Source: an uncultured Candidatus Bathyarchaeia archaeon (GTDB lineage: Archaea; Thermoproteota; Bathyarchaeia; Bathyarchaeales; Bathycorpusculaceae). Taken from it: a DNA stretch of 64,000 nt. Of this stretch, positions 34,221 to 43,990 are shown in pieces. Position numbers and translations under genes: made by a program. Numbering within the stretch: the first letter of the stretch is position 1; the number at the start of each line of letters is the position of its first letter. The notes under the pieces were generated by a model. That model saw nothing but the letters and a program-made list of their open reading frames with translations. It was not told where the DNA came from and searched no databases. Location of the stretch: assembly GCA_964399235.1 (NCBI GenBank), contig CAYNQC010000002.1, positions 3,224 through 67,223 of the forward strand, in the 5' to 3' direction.

Positions 34221-36575
34221 ATGCACAACCTAGCCACTGACCTGAGTACGATCTATAGTCTGGTCGATCAGGGTGGGGAGGATTTGCTGACCGACGAAGA
34301 GCGTGCCCAGCTCCCCGCCAAACGAGTCAAGGCCCGCAAACCCAAGTTCCAAGAAAATCTGGCAGAGGTCCTTGACGATACGACGCTGGGGAATATCGCC
34401 GAGGATGTGGTGCTGGGCTACAACGAGGACGAGGCCAGCCGCCAGGATTGGCGAGCCAGGGAGAAATTGGGCATCCGGCTGCTGGGCATCAGTGAGAATG
34501 CGGATGGGTTGCCGGCCTTCGAGAATGCCTCGGTCGCTGTCCATCCCGGCCTGATCGAAGCCGTTATCCAATTCCAGGCCCGCGCTATCTCCGAGTTGTG
34601 GCCACCGGAAGGTCCGGCCAAAGCTTTCGTCGAGGGGCAAGCCGCCAACTATGAGCGGGAGCTGCAGGCTCAGCGCGTCGCCGACTACCTGAACTGGCTC
34701 TACACCTCCAGGATGCCGGGCGGGTACTTGAACCACGATCGCCTGCTGATGCGCCTGCCCTTATCAGGGTCGGTCTTCAAGAAAGTCTTCTACGACCCCC
34801 TGGCCCGCACCATCGTGTCGCGCTACGTCGCTGCTGAAGACCTGGTTATTCCCTATGGGGCCACTGACCTGCTGACGGTCCCCCGCGCCACCCACATCAT
34901 CCCCTACACCGAGACTGACCTGCGGCGCCTGATTGAAGCCGGGACGTATCGCGATATCGACATCGACACGCTGTCCTATCAGGACGAGAAGACCGAGCTG
35001 CAGCCGGAGCTGGATGCTGTCTCATCGACGAAGCCTACAGGCATCCGCCTCAAGAATGCCGGCCGGTTTGTGTTCCTGGAGCAGTCCGCCTTCCTGGATA
35101 TCGACGGGGAGCCAGAGAATTCGCCCTATTTGGTGACGGTTGACCGCGACTCCATGCAGGTCTTCTCGATCTACCGGGATTGGCGCAAGGCCGACAAATA
35201 CCGTACCCGGCGCCAGCGCTTCATCCACTACTACTTCTTGCCTGGCCTGGATGGATTTTACGGGCTGGGGCTGCTGCACATTCTTGGCCGGCTGGCCGAA
35301 GCGCTGTCTGGGAATCTTCGCGCCCTACTCGATTCTGCCACGCTGGCCAACCTACAAGGGGGCTTTCGCTCTGCCGACGTCAAGCTGCCGCGCGGGAATC
35401 GTGGCGAGGACTTGATGATCAGGCCGGGCGCCTGGCCGGCAGTGGAGGCGACGGTCGATGACCTCAACAAGCTGTTTTTCAAGATCCCCTACAAGGAACC
35501 CAGCCAGACCCTGTTCAACCTGCTCCAGTACCTCGACGAGGTGTTCCGGCGCATTGCCACCACGAGTACGGAGCTGGTCGGCGAAGGAACTAAGCCAGTC
35601 CCAGTGGGCACGACCCTGGCGCGCATCGAGCAGGGCCTTAAAGTCCAGTCTGGAATCCAGATCCGCTGCCATCACGCCCAAGCTCAGGAGCTGGTGCTGG
35701 TTTGCGAGCTAACTTCGGAGACGCTGCCTGACGAGGGCTATTGCCGCGACGTGTTAAACACCACTCCCGACGTGTTCGCTGCAGATTTTGATGCTCGCGT
35801 AGACGTCAGGCCGGTCTCCGATCCTAATGCCATCACCTCGACCCAGCGGTTGGTGATCGCGCAGGCCACGGTCGATATGGCCAACCAGTCCCCGGATATC
35901 GTGGATCGCCGGGAAGCCTATAAGCGGCTGATGGAGGCCATGCGTCAGCAGGACATCGAGCTGTTATTGCCCGACAAGGCCAAAGTCGAGCGCATGGGGC
36001 CGATCGAGGAAAACATGGCGATGATGATCATGAAGCCCGTCAAGAGCTATCCTGATCAGGACCATACTGCGCACATCGCGGTCCATCAGCCTTGGTTCAT
36101 GGGCCTGGATACCGAGACTCAGACCCGCCTGCAGGGAGCCGCGATGGCCCACATGGCCGAGCACCAGGCCTGGATGTACCAGATTCAGATGCAGCAGATG
36201 CTGGGTATCCAGCTCCCGGCCCCGGGGGAGGCCAGCCAGATGGATCCCCAGATGGAAAACCAGTTGGCGGCCATGGCGGCCCAGGCATCTCAGTTGATGG
36301 CACAGTATCAAGCCTCCCAGCCGCCGCCGGCCGACCCCAACGCGATCATTGCCGATGGCAAAGTCCAGGCAGAGCGGCAAAAGGCCGAGGCCGATATTCG
36401 CCGCAAGGATGCTCTGGCCAGCGCCTCAATGGCCCGCGACTCCGCCACTACCATCGCCAGGCTCAACCAGGATGCGGCCCAGCACGAGGCCAATTTACTG
36501 TCCAAATACATGAGCGCCGAGGCATCCAAAGCTTTGACACAAGCCCAGATCGATGCCAAGAGTAAGACTCAATGA
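34221..36575 (+). CDS. portal protein
   Basis: 784 aa directly after terminase; size and position; GGGGGGAG SD. Confidence 0.75.
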   Translation: MHNLATDLSTIYSLVDQGGEDLLTDEERAQLPAKRVKARKPKFQENLAEVLDDTTLGNIAEDVVLGYNEDEASRQDWRAREKLGIRLLGISENADGLPAFENASVAVHPGLIEAVIQFQARAISELWPPEGPAKAFVEGQAANYERELQAQRVADYLNWLYTSRMPGGYLNHDRLLMRLPLSGSVFKKVFYDPLARTIVSRYVAAEDLVIPYGATDLLTVPRATHIIPYTETDLRRLIEAGTYRDIDIDTLSYQDEKTELQPELDAVSSTKPTGIRLKNAGRFVFLEQSAFLDIDGEPENSPYLVTVDRDSMQVFSIYRDWRKADKYRTRRQRFIHYYFLPGLDGFYGLGLLHILGRLAEALSGNLRALLDSATLANLQGGFRSADVKLPRGNRGEDLMIRPGAWPAVEATVDDLNKLFFKIPYKEPSQTLFNLLQYLDEVFRRIATTSTELVGEGTKPVPVGTTLARIEQGLKVQSGIQIRCHHAQAQELVLVCELTSETLPDEGYCRDVLNTTPDVFAADFDARVDVRPVSDPNAITSTQRLVIAQATVDMANQSPDIVDRREAYKRLMEAMRQQDIELLLPDKAKVERMGPIEENMAMMIMKPVKSYPDQDHTAHIAVHQPWFMGLDTETQTRLQGAAMAHMAEHQAWMYQIQMQQMLGIQLPAPGEASQMDPQMENQLAAMAAQASQLMAQYQASQPPPADPNAIIADGKVQAERQKAEADIRRKDALASASMARDSATTIARLNQDAAQHEANLLSKYMSAEASKALTQAQIDAKSKTQ

Positions 36576-36766
36576 TCTCCGACTTTATGAGAGAGTTGGA
36601 ACAAGTTTTGCGGTATGAGATGGAATCTCTGGCAAAGTCGACCGGGGTTGGATGTGCCCAAGACTGGGCAGATTACAAATACCGGGTCGGAATAGTTACG
36701 GGTTACACGCGCGCGCTTGAAAAAGCCACGGACCTTTATCAGAAATATTTGAACGACGAGGATTAA
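36572..36766 (+). CDS. hypothetical small protein
   Basis: ATGA overlap with portal stop. Confidence 0.5.
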   Translation: MISDFMRELEQVLRYEMESLAKSTGVGCAQDWADYKYRVGIVTGYTRALEKATDLYQKYLNDED

Positions 36767-36767
36767 C

Positions 36768-37124
36768 ATGGCCTTAGTGAATTACGACTGGGTCCCGGAG
36801 CCAGTTGGGTTTAAGATGATTGTCAAACCGCCCCCCATCGAAGCGACCACGAAAGGTGGGATCATCCTGGTGGACGAAAGCAAGCAGTACGCGGATACGG
36901 CGACGTTCTGTGGAGAGGTGGTCAGGCAGGGGCCGGACTGCTACAGGGACAAGGCCAGCCGCTGGTGCAACGTAGGGGACAAAGTCCTGTACGCCCGTCA
37001 CCACGGTCAGGCAATCAAGGTGAAAACCCCGACGGGGGACTGGGAGAAGTTTGTTATCATCAACGACGATGATGTCAGGACAAAGCTAGACGATTTTGGC
37101 CAAGTCAAGATGTACTTAGAATAA
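36768..37124 (+). CDS. GroES/Cpn10-like protein
   Basis: KMIVKPPPIEATTKGGIILVDES...GEVVRQGP...NVGDKVLYARHHG pattern parallels GroES. Confidence 0.5.
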   Translation: MALVNYDWVPEPVGFKMIVKPPPIEATTKGGIILVDESKQYADTATFCGEVVRQGPDCYRDKASRWCNVGDKVLYARHHGQAIKVKTPTGDWEKFVIINDDDVRTKLDDFGQVKMYLE

Positions 37125-37192
37125 ACACTCGGGGCACCCCCCGGATCACGCTGTGAAGCGTCATGTAACACGACTATGAGCATAGAAATTCT

Positions 37193-38071
37193 ATGGAACC
37201 CGATGAGTTAGACGAGAGCAACCTGGATGTTGAACAGCCAGAGTTAGCCCTTGAAGAAGAGGCTGATATCCTTGAAGAGCCCAAGCAGAAGACTGCTAAG
37301 GAACTCGAAAAGGAGCAGTACTCCAAGAATGTTCAGGATCGGATAGGCAAGGAAGTCTGGAAGCGAAAGGTTGCCGAAGAGGAGAGAACTCGGCTGGCAG
37401 CCCAGGTAGAGACGATGCGTGCCGACCTGGAGGCCCTCAAATCCCGTAGTGCGGAGGTCGACGCCCAGACCGCCGTGGGCACATTGCAGGATAAGCTGAG
37501 GGCCGCTCAGGCACGGTTGCGCAAGGCCAAGGAAGAAGGTGACATCGACGCTGAGCTGGAAGCCCAGACCGAGATGACTGATTTGCATGTGGAGGCCAGG
37601 CTGACCAGTGAGCGCGCCCAGCGTGTCACCAAACAGCCTGAGCAGCCCGTGGTCCAGCGCCCCCAGGTGCCCGATACCAGTTCGCTGCCCCCAGGCATGC
37701 GGAAGTGGTTGGACAACAATCCCTGGTATCTTCAGGGTGAAAACAAGCGGGCGGCCATGCTGGCCAACGAGCTTGATCAGGAACTGCGGTTGGAGGGCTT
37801 CGATCCTGCTGACCCAGATATGTACGATGAGCTGTCCAAGCGCCTACAAGCGGTATTCCCCAAGTCCAATTTCATCAAGCCGATAACGGCTGAGAAGCGG
37901 TCACCTAAAGACCTCCCACCGCCCACGGGCGCGGGCAGTCAGGATGGGTCTCCCAAGGGTGCCGGCATCAAGCGCAAGCTGACCCAAGAGGATTTGGATG
38001 AAATGCGGTCCTATGGGATGGACCCGACCGACAAAGATAACCGCGTGGCATGGCTGAGGACGCACCAATGA
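37193..38071 (+). CDS. scaffolding-like acidic coiled-coil protein
   Basis: Glu/Lys/Ala-rich heptad regions; position between portal and capsid. Confidence 0.5.
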   Translation: MEPDELDESNLDVEQPELALEEEADILEEPKQKTAKELEKEQYSKNVQDRIGKEVWKRKVAEEERTRLAAQVETMRADLEALKSRSAEVDAQTAVGTLQDKLRAAQARLRKAKEEGDIDAELEAQTEMTDLHVEARLTSERAQRVTKQPEQPVVQRPQVPDTSSLPPGMRKWLDNNPWYLQGENKRAAMLANELDQELRLEGFDPADPDMYDELSKRLQAVFPKSNFIKPITAEKRSPKDLPPPTGAGSQDGSPKGAGIKRKLTQEDLDEMRSYGMDPTDKDNRVAWLRTHQ

Positions 38072-38838
38072 CAGTAGCAAAGAAAACCCCGTATAAGCCG
38101 GTTTTTAAGACGAAGGGGAAGGTTGTCGATCCCCCTCAGAAGCCTGCCGCTGCCGCCAAAGTGGTGACGGACCCAGTGGTGACGGAAGCCCCTATGCAGG
38201 CGATGCCGCTACCCCCTGTTGTGCAGGCCGTACAGCCTGAGCCAGAGCCTGTTTGCGAGCCGGAAATACCGGATCCCGTACCCTCCAACAAGCGGGCGCC
38301 GCTAGAGGTCAGCACTGACCTGTTGAGCGCCTTCACGCAAGCAGTAGAGGTCGATCCTCGCCTCACTCGGGAGCAGACCAGTCATGCCACTGTCGATATG
38401 GAGCAGTGGGCGGACGATTGGGCTCCAGAACCATTTACCTCGGCGCCACCCCCCAGGGAAGGAATGGAGCAACGCTGGGCTCGCTGCCGTTTGGGGCCGC
38501 ATGACGATATCAAAAATATCCTCAAGAAGCGCCAGGCCGGCTGGGTCCCTCGCCCCGCTGATACGATCCCACCCGCCTATCAGGCGATGGTGACTCGCTT
38601 CGGCGATCAGGGTAACGTGATTGGTAACCACGATAGCATCCTCATGGAACGGCCGATCTTTATCGGTGAACGGATGCGTGCGTTTATCCGCAAGAAAGGT
38701 GAGCGGCTGCATGCTAGTATTGCGGCTAACGTCCAAGAAAGCATGCCGCGCCAGCACGGGTCCAAGGGTGGCTCTGTGGAAGAATTCGAGATGAGTGTTA
38801 CCGGGTCGCCGCCGAGGCGGCCACGAGTAGACGACTAA
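38068..38838 (+). CDS. head-module protein of unknown function
   Basis: ATG 38068 in ATGA overlap; Pro-rich N-terminus. Confidence 0.5.
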   Translation: MTVAKKTPYKPVFKTKGKVVDPPQKPAAAAKVVTDPVVTEAPMQAMPLPPVVQAVQPEPEPVCEPEIPDPVPSNKRAPLEVSTDLLSAFTQAVEVDPRLTREQTSHATVDMEQWADDWAPEPFTSAPPPREGMEQRWARCRLGPHDDIKNILKKRQAGWVPRPADTIPPAYQAMVTRFGDQGNVIGNHDSILMERPIFIGERMRAFIRKKGERLHASIAANVQESMPRQHGSKGGSVEEFEMSVTGSPPRRPRVDD

Positions 38839-38874
38839 TACTACCGATCGTCGTGAGACGAACTGGAGTGAAAT

Positions 38875-39456
38875 ATGGCTAATTTAAACGCACCTCGCGG
38901 GTTCAAGCCCGTGGGGACTATCCATGGGGGGACGGTCCAGCAAAATGCCTACACGATCGCCTCTACCTATGGATACAACATTGCTCAAGGTGACCCCGTC
39001 ATGGAGACGGGTACCGGCAGCAATATCCAACTTGCCGTAGGTACGGGCGGCACTCCAACTCCCGACGGGATCGGGGTCTTTGCCGGTTGCAGCTACGTTG
39101 ATGCCAATGGCAAGCCAACTTTCAGCAAATACTGGCCTGCCGGCATTACTGCTACCGACATCGTAGCCATGGTCTGGGACGATCCTGACACCATCTTTGA
39201 GGTGCAGGCCGACTCTTGCGCGGCGAACGACGTCAAGGCACTGGCTGACTTCACGGCCGGCACCATGGATGCCGTCGCCAAGTTGAGCACGGCCTTCCTG
39301 AATGTGTCTGGGGCCACTGGTACCTCTGCCAAGACCTTCCGCATCGAGCGCATCGTAGATCGCCCGGACAATGCGGCTGGGGCCTACGCCAAGGTAGAAG
39401 TAATCTACGTAGAGCATGCTCGTAAGGGTGTGATCTCCGGCGCGGGAGGCATGTAA
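38875..39456 (+). CDS. head-module structural protein (decoration or accessory?)
   Basis: 193 aa immediately upstream of capsid gene; GGAG SD. Confidence 0.5.
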   Translation: MANLNAPRGFKPVGTIHGGTVQQNAYTIASTYGYNIAQGDPVMETGTGSNIQLAVGTGGTPTPDGIGVFAGCSYVDANGKPTFSKYWPAGITATDIVAMVWDDPDTIFEVQADSCAANDVKALADFTAGTMDAVAKLSTAFLNVSGATGTSAKTFRIERIVDRPDNAAGAYAKVEVIYVEHARKGVISGAGGM

Positions 39457-39457
39457 C

Positions 39458-40360
39458 ATGGCAATGCAACGTAGTACTTACCCCAAGAGCCTGGAGCCTG
39501 GCATCAATGCCGTCTGGGAATCCGCTGAGAAAGACTACCCCGATGACTGGGCTGGGCTTTACGAAGTTAAGACCTCTAATCGGGCCTGGGAAGAGCAGGT
39601 GCTCAGAGTCAGTCTGGGTATCGCGCCGATCCGCCAGGAAGGGACCGCATTCCACGAAGACGCCGGTGGCGAATTCTGGACCCAGCGGTATATCAATCTG
39701 ACCGTCGGCCTGAAGTTCTCGCTGACCCAGGAAGCGCTAGAGGACAACCTGTACAAGGACCTCGCCGCGACCAACTCCCGTGGTCTGTTGAGGGCTATGA
39801 AGGAAACCAAGGCCATCATGGCCTGCAAGTTCTTCAACGACGCCTTCACCACCACCATGGGCGATGGGGCAGCTTTCCTGTCAACCAGCCATCCGTTATG
39901 GGGCGGCGGGACTTGGAGCAACAAGCTGGCGACCCCAGCCGACCTCTCCGAAGCTTCCATCGAAGATTTGCTGGTGCAGATCAGCAATGCGGTCAGTGAC
40001 CGTAATCTTCCCACCCCCGTCAATGCTAAGCAGCTCGTGGTTGGCACCGCCAACATCTTCGAGGCTGCCCGCATTCTGCGCTCGGTACAGCGTGTAGGGA
40101 CCAACGAGAATGACATCAACGCCCTCAAGGCGCTGGGTATTTTCGGCAATGACCCCATCGTGCTGCGCCGTCTGTCAGATACGGATACGTTCTTCATCAC
40201 CACGGATGCCCCCATGGGCCTGCAGCACTTTGTTCGCATCGGGCTCCAGAAGGGTGGTCAGGAAGACTTCAATACTGGCAATTACGAGTACAAAGCTCGT
40301 GAGCGGTACTGCTTCGGCGGCACCAACCAGCGTTCCCTGTATGGTACTGAGGGTAACTAG
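39458..40360 (+). CDS. major capsid protein (HK97-fold type)
   Basis: 300 aa; position, size and overall pattern typical of HK97-like capsids (from memory, no alignment). Confidence 0.7.
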   Translation: MAMQRSTYPKSLEPGINAVWESAEKDYPDDWAGLYEVKTSNRAWEEQVLRVSLGIAPIRQEGTAFHEDAGGEFWTQRYINLTVGLKFSLTQEALEDNLYKDLAATNSRGLLRAMKETKAIMACKFFNDAFTTTMGDGAAFLSTSHPLWGGGTWSNKLATPADLSEASIEDLLVQISNAVSDRNLPTPVNAKQLVVGTANIFEAARILRSVQRVGTNENDINALKALGIFGNDPIVLRRLSDTDTFFITTDAPMGLQHFVRIGLQKGGQEDFNTGNYEYKARERYCFGGTNQRSLYGTEGN

Positions 40361-40457
40361 GTTATTGATTTTAAAGGGATTTTAGTTTAATACAGCGCTT
40401 TGTTGCGAGTAGGCAGTAATCAGGGTATGATAAAGGCTTCTAGCCGGAGATCGTGTC

Positions 40458-41240
40458 ATGCCCTGTTCTTACTGTGGTTTCGAGAAGGTTGCTGCTAAAG
40501 GTTTATGCGTTCGGTGCTATTGCCGGATGCGGTCAACCGGAAGCCCGGAGTACAAGCGGAAAGGGAGATCGCCGCTGCTGTGTAGTGTCGATGGATGCGA
40601 AAAGATTGTTCACGCCCAAGGGTTGTGCAACAACCATTACATGACGACAAAACGGCACGGAGATGTAGTTTCTCCCTTCGGATATGGAGAGCGACGGAAG
40701 CACCCGTTATATGAGAGTTGGGTATACCAAGGACGGATAAAGCTTGGCAGGGAGGATGCCTGGGCTGATTTTTGGAAGTTCGTCGACGATGTTGGCGAAA
40801 AACCGGCCGGCAAACACTGGCTCACAAGGATCGATGTACAGCGACCATGGGGTCCTGACAACTTTATCTGGGCTGCGCGCAAGGGCAGCACTACTCATCG
40901 GTCAGCGTATGTTAAAGCCTGGAGAGATGAAAATCTAGGCAAGGTTAAGAACACAGAGCTGAAACGGAATTTCGGGATCACGCTGGACGATTATATGCGA
41001 ATGTATACCGAGCAGAATGGAGTCTGCGCGATTTGTGGCAGGAAGGGCGAGCCGGTAGGTACGCGAAAGACTACCAAGGACACGCTGGTCGTCGATCATT
41101 GTCATGTCCAGGGAGGCGTAAGAGGGCTATTATGTAGCTACTGCAATCTCGGTCTAGGGTATTTCTTTGATGGCACGGATATCCTCAGAAAGGCCGCGCA
41201 GTATGTAGAGAGCCGTCAATTTCTGCCCAGTATTGGGTGA
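40458..41240 (+). CDS. free-standing homing endonuclease, Endonuclease VII (HNH-related) family
   Basis: CAICGRKGE...LVVDHCHVQGGVRGLLCSYCNLGLGYF is the Endo VII signature; N-terminal CxxC zinc ribbons. Confidence 0.75.
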   Translation: MPCSYCGFEKVAAKGLCVRCYCRMRSTGSPEYKRKGRSPLLCSVDGCEKIVHAQGLCNNHYMTTKRHGDVVSPFGYGERRKHPLYESWVYQGRIKLGREDAWADFWKFVDDVGEKPAGKHWLTRIDVQRPWGPDNFIWAARKGSTTHRSAYVKAWRDENLGKVKNTELKRNFGITLDDYMRMYTEQNGVCAICGRKGEPVGTRKTTKDTLVVDHCHVQGGVRGLLCSYCNLGLGYFFDGTDILRKAAQYVESRQFLPSIG

Positions 41241-41258
41241 CCTGAATTGGAGTTTGAA

Positions 41259-42062
41259 ATGGCCAAAAATCATCTTTCCTCGTCTGTAAATAATTACATC
41301 GGCAGCGGGTACGACCAGGCTGTCTTCGCCGTCAATCGTCGCAAGGGTGTGCCCGTAGTCTTCCTGACCAAGGTTGATCTGGGCTCCCCGATCGCGGCCG
41401 ACCTCAATGCCATTATCGCGGCGGCTGCCGGGTCTGGCGAACTCCCCAATAACAGCACCAAGACTTTCTCGGCTGCCACGACTGGGACTGGTTCTCCGTG
41501 CGACGACGCCGGCAAGCGCACCATCACCACAATCACCACTTCGACCGGTGAAACGGCGACGGTATGGCCCTTGGATGTGCCACGCGCTTTGTCCTACAAC
41601 GGCACTCACGGCAGCTCGGTGGTCTCCACGCGGGTCACCGTCACCGGCTACGACAAATACTTCGTCAAGATGAAGGAGCGCGTAACCCTGTCGGGCACCA
41701 CCTCGGTCACCGTGGAAGGCACTAAAGCCTTTGCGTACATCGAAGCCGTGGAGCTTTACTCTGCCTCCGATACCACTACCAATACCGGTATCAATGTCGG
41801 CTGGAAAGACGTGCTGGGTCTGCCTTATGTAGCGGCCGCCAAGTCCGATGTGGTGCGTGTCTACTTCAATGGGGTCCTGGATGACTCTGCGACCGTAGTT
41901 GCTGCTGACGCCACTGCGACCCAAACCATCAGTACTGGGGATGTCAGGGGTACTGTGGACACCAACAGCGCGGCCGATGGCTCTGCGGTGGTCGTGTACA
42001 TGCATGTGGCCGATCCTGACTCTGCTGTAGGTATCCGGGGCATCGCCCAGTACGGAGGCTAG
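41259..42062 (+). CDS. virion structural protein
   Basis: ATG 41259 with TGGAG SD; Thr/Ala/Val-rich beta-type sequence. Confidence 0.55.
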   Translation: MAKNHLSSSVNNYIGSGYDQAVFAVNRRKGVPVVFLTKVDLGSPIAADLNAIIAAAAGSGELPNNSTKTFSAATTGTGSPCDDAGKRTITTITTSTGETATVWPLDVPRALSYNGTHGSSVVSTRVTVTGYDKYFVKMKERVTLSGTTSVTVEGTKAFAYIEAVELYSASDTTTNTGINVGWKDVLGLPYVAAAKSDVVRVYFNGVLDDSATVVAADATATQTISTGDVRGTVDTNSAADGSAVVVYMHVADPDSAVGIRGIAQYGG

Positions 42063-42064
42063 TC

Positions 42065-42691
42065 ATGATCAGCTACCCGTTTGCACCCACGGCGCTCGAT
42101 GCCGATGGGATTTGCGCGGCCCAGCAGCTAGTGGGCGCAGGCGATCTGCTGATCGATGGCGACTTAGCGGTTAGTGGAGTGGTGACGCTGGGCGAGCAGG
42201 CCCGGGTCACGCTGTATAGTGCGGCCGATCTGAGCCTGATCACCTTCACGGTGTATGGCACAACCAAGCATGGGATTTCGATCTCTGAAGAGATTGCCGG
42301 ACCAACTGCTGGCGCAACGGTCACCACCACCGCCAACTTCAAAACTATTACCGAGGTCGCGGCAGATGCCGCCGTCGGCAGCGATGTGACTGTCGGCAAC
42401 AGCGACACCCTGGAGACTGGATGGGTCGCCCTGAATGGCTACTCGCCACTAAAGGGAATCTCGGTACAGCTAGGAAGTACCGCCAATCTCACCTACGAAG
42501 TGCAGTACGCCACTAGCTCGGTACAAACCGGCGACGACACCGGCGTGCTGGCGCTGGCGGACGGGGTACTGACCGGGAAGACCACCTCGGCCGGGCTGGT
42601 AGCGGCGATCCCCTGGTTTGCCATGCGATTAGCGATCACCTCCTTTGTGGCCGGCGGGGGGACCTTGCGGGTTACGGAGTCGCCGGGATGA
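42065..42691 (+). CDS. virion structural protein
   Basis: 208-aa ORF tightly following the previous gene. Confidence 0.55.
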   Translation: MISYPFAPTALDADGICAAQQLVGAGDLLIDGDLAVSGVVTLGEQARVTLYSAADLSLITFTVYGTTKHGISISEEIAGPTAGATVTTTANFKTITEVAADAAVGSDVTVGNSDTLETGWVALNGYSPLKGISVQLGSTANLTYEVQYATSSVQTGDDTGVLALADGVLTGKTTSAGLVAAIPWFAMRLAITSFVAGGGTLRVTESPG

Positions 42692-42861
42692 GCGCCATTA
42701 GACGCAAGCTGGCCAGCTTACTGGCCTTCGACTTTCCCTACGGGATTTTCTATGGGGCGTCGTACATTAAGAAACAGTCTAGCGATCTGGTGCGCGCGGA
42801 TTCCACGAGGATCAAGGCAAACTCTACCGTGATTACGGTGGACAGGGTGACGGTGAAATAA
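42688..42861 (+). CDS. small protein (57 aa, below track cutoff)
   Basis: Hand translation MSAIRRKLASLLAFDFPYGIFYG...; ATGA overlap upstream and TAATG overlap downstream. Confidence 0.45.
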   Translation: MSAIRRKLASLLAFDFPYGIFYGASYIKKQSSDLVRADSTRIKANSTVITVDRVTVK

Positions 42862-43988
42862 TGGCTAAGCAAGTGATTGGATTAGGGGCTGTCCCTGACG
42901 ACGATACGGGCGATACGCTCGCCGCCGCCTTCGATAAAGTAAATGACAACTTCACCGAGGTGTACGCGGCTTATGCGCCGGTCGCCAAAGGCGTCACCAA
43001 TGGCGATACCCACAACCACGTCGGCGGGGATGGGGCATCACTGATCGTCTCGGCGCTGACCTTTACCGCTACCGACAAGATAGCGGGACGCTCAACAGCC
43101 GGCGCCGGGCTTGGTGAAGAGATCGCTTGTACCGCCGCTGGGCGAGCCTTGATTGACGATGCGGCTGCTTCGGATCAGCGTACTACCCTGGGCTTGGGGA
43201 CTGCCGCTCTATTGACCGCCACCGACTTGCCTTTGCTGGCAGGGCGGACAGGTGGGACCACGATTATCGGCGGGACGGCCGCCGGTGATGCCCTCAACCT
43301 GCAGGGGACCAGTGGGAACGGGACTGCCGGTACCAACGCCATCAACCTGAAGGTTGGAAATAACGGCAATGCTACCCCGCTGGCGATCGCCAACAATGGC
43401 ACGGTCACCCTGACGAATGCCTCCATCGTGGCGGCCGCTCCAGCCCTGAAGATCATCGACTCCGATGCCGTGGATGGAGATGCTGGGGTTAGTGTCTCGG
43501 CTAATTGCACCACGACTACAGCGGGGGCTGAGAATGTTGATGCAGCCTTCTCTCAACAAGTGGCAGGGTCGCCATTTACATTCCTTAGCTCTGTAGCTGG
43601 CGGTCAGTTGGTGCTTGGTTATGGCGGCCAAACCGCCTATGCGGCCAAGCTGGCCCATGGGGTCCCGATAACTCCAGTCACGACCACAGCGGCGCCAGCC
43701 GCGACAGTCAGCGGCACCCACTTCACTAACGAAGGGGATGCGGATGGGGCGATTATCACCCTGCCGACGGCGAGCGCGGGACTTACCTTTACTGCTATCG
43801 TTCAGGCCGCTCAAGACCTTGCCATCATGGCCAACACCGGCGATACGATTCGGTGGGGGGCTGATGTGACGGCTGCTGCTGGAGGGATTCATGCGGCTAC
43901 CGTCGGTAACGTTATCACCCTGGTGGCTATCAATGCCACAGAGTGGGTTGCTACCTCCATGATTGGCACCTGGGTCGTGGTTTCCTAG
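42861..43988 (+). CDS. tail fibre/spike-like protein
   Basis: N-terminal GLGAVPDDDTGDTLAAAFDKVNDNFTEVY motif common in phage fibre N-termini; Gly/Ala/Thr-rich. Confidence 0.55.
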   Translation: MAKQVIGLGAVPDDDTGDTLAAAFDKVNDNFTEVYAAYAPVAKGVTNGDTHNHVGGDGASLIVSALTFTATDKIAGRSTAGAGLGEEIACTAAGRALIDDAAASDQRTTLGLGTAALLTATDLPLLAGRTGGTTIIGGTAAGDALNLQGTSGNGTAGTNAINLKVGNNGNATPLAIANNGTVTLTNASIVAAAPALKIIDSDAVDGDAGVSVSANCTTTTAGAENVDAAFSQQVAGSPFTFLSSVAGGQLVLGYGGQTAYAAKLAHGVPITPVTTTAAPAATVSGTHFTNEGDADGAIITLPTASAGLTFTAIVQAAQDLAIMANTGDTIRWGADVTAAAGGIHAATVGNVITLVAINATEWVATSMIGTWVVVS

Positions 43989-43990
43989 CT

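Noticed and set aside
41154-42005. 283-aa minus-strand ORF
   Set aside because: It is antisense to a structural gene with good SD and coupling, and its composition (Arg/Gly/Asp-rich) is typical of an antisense artefact.
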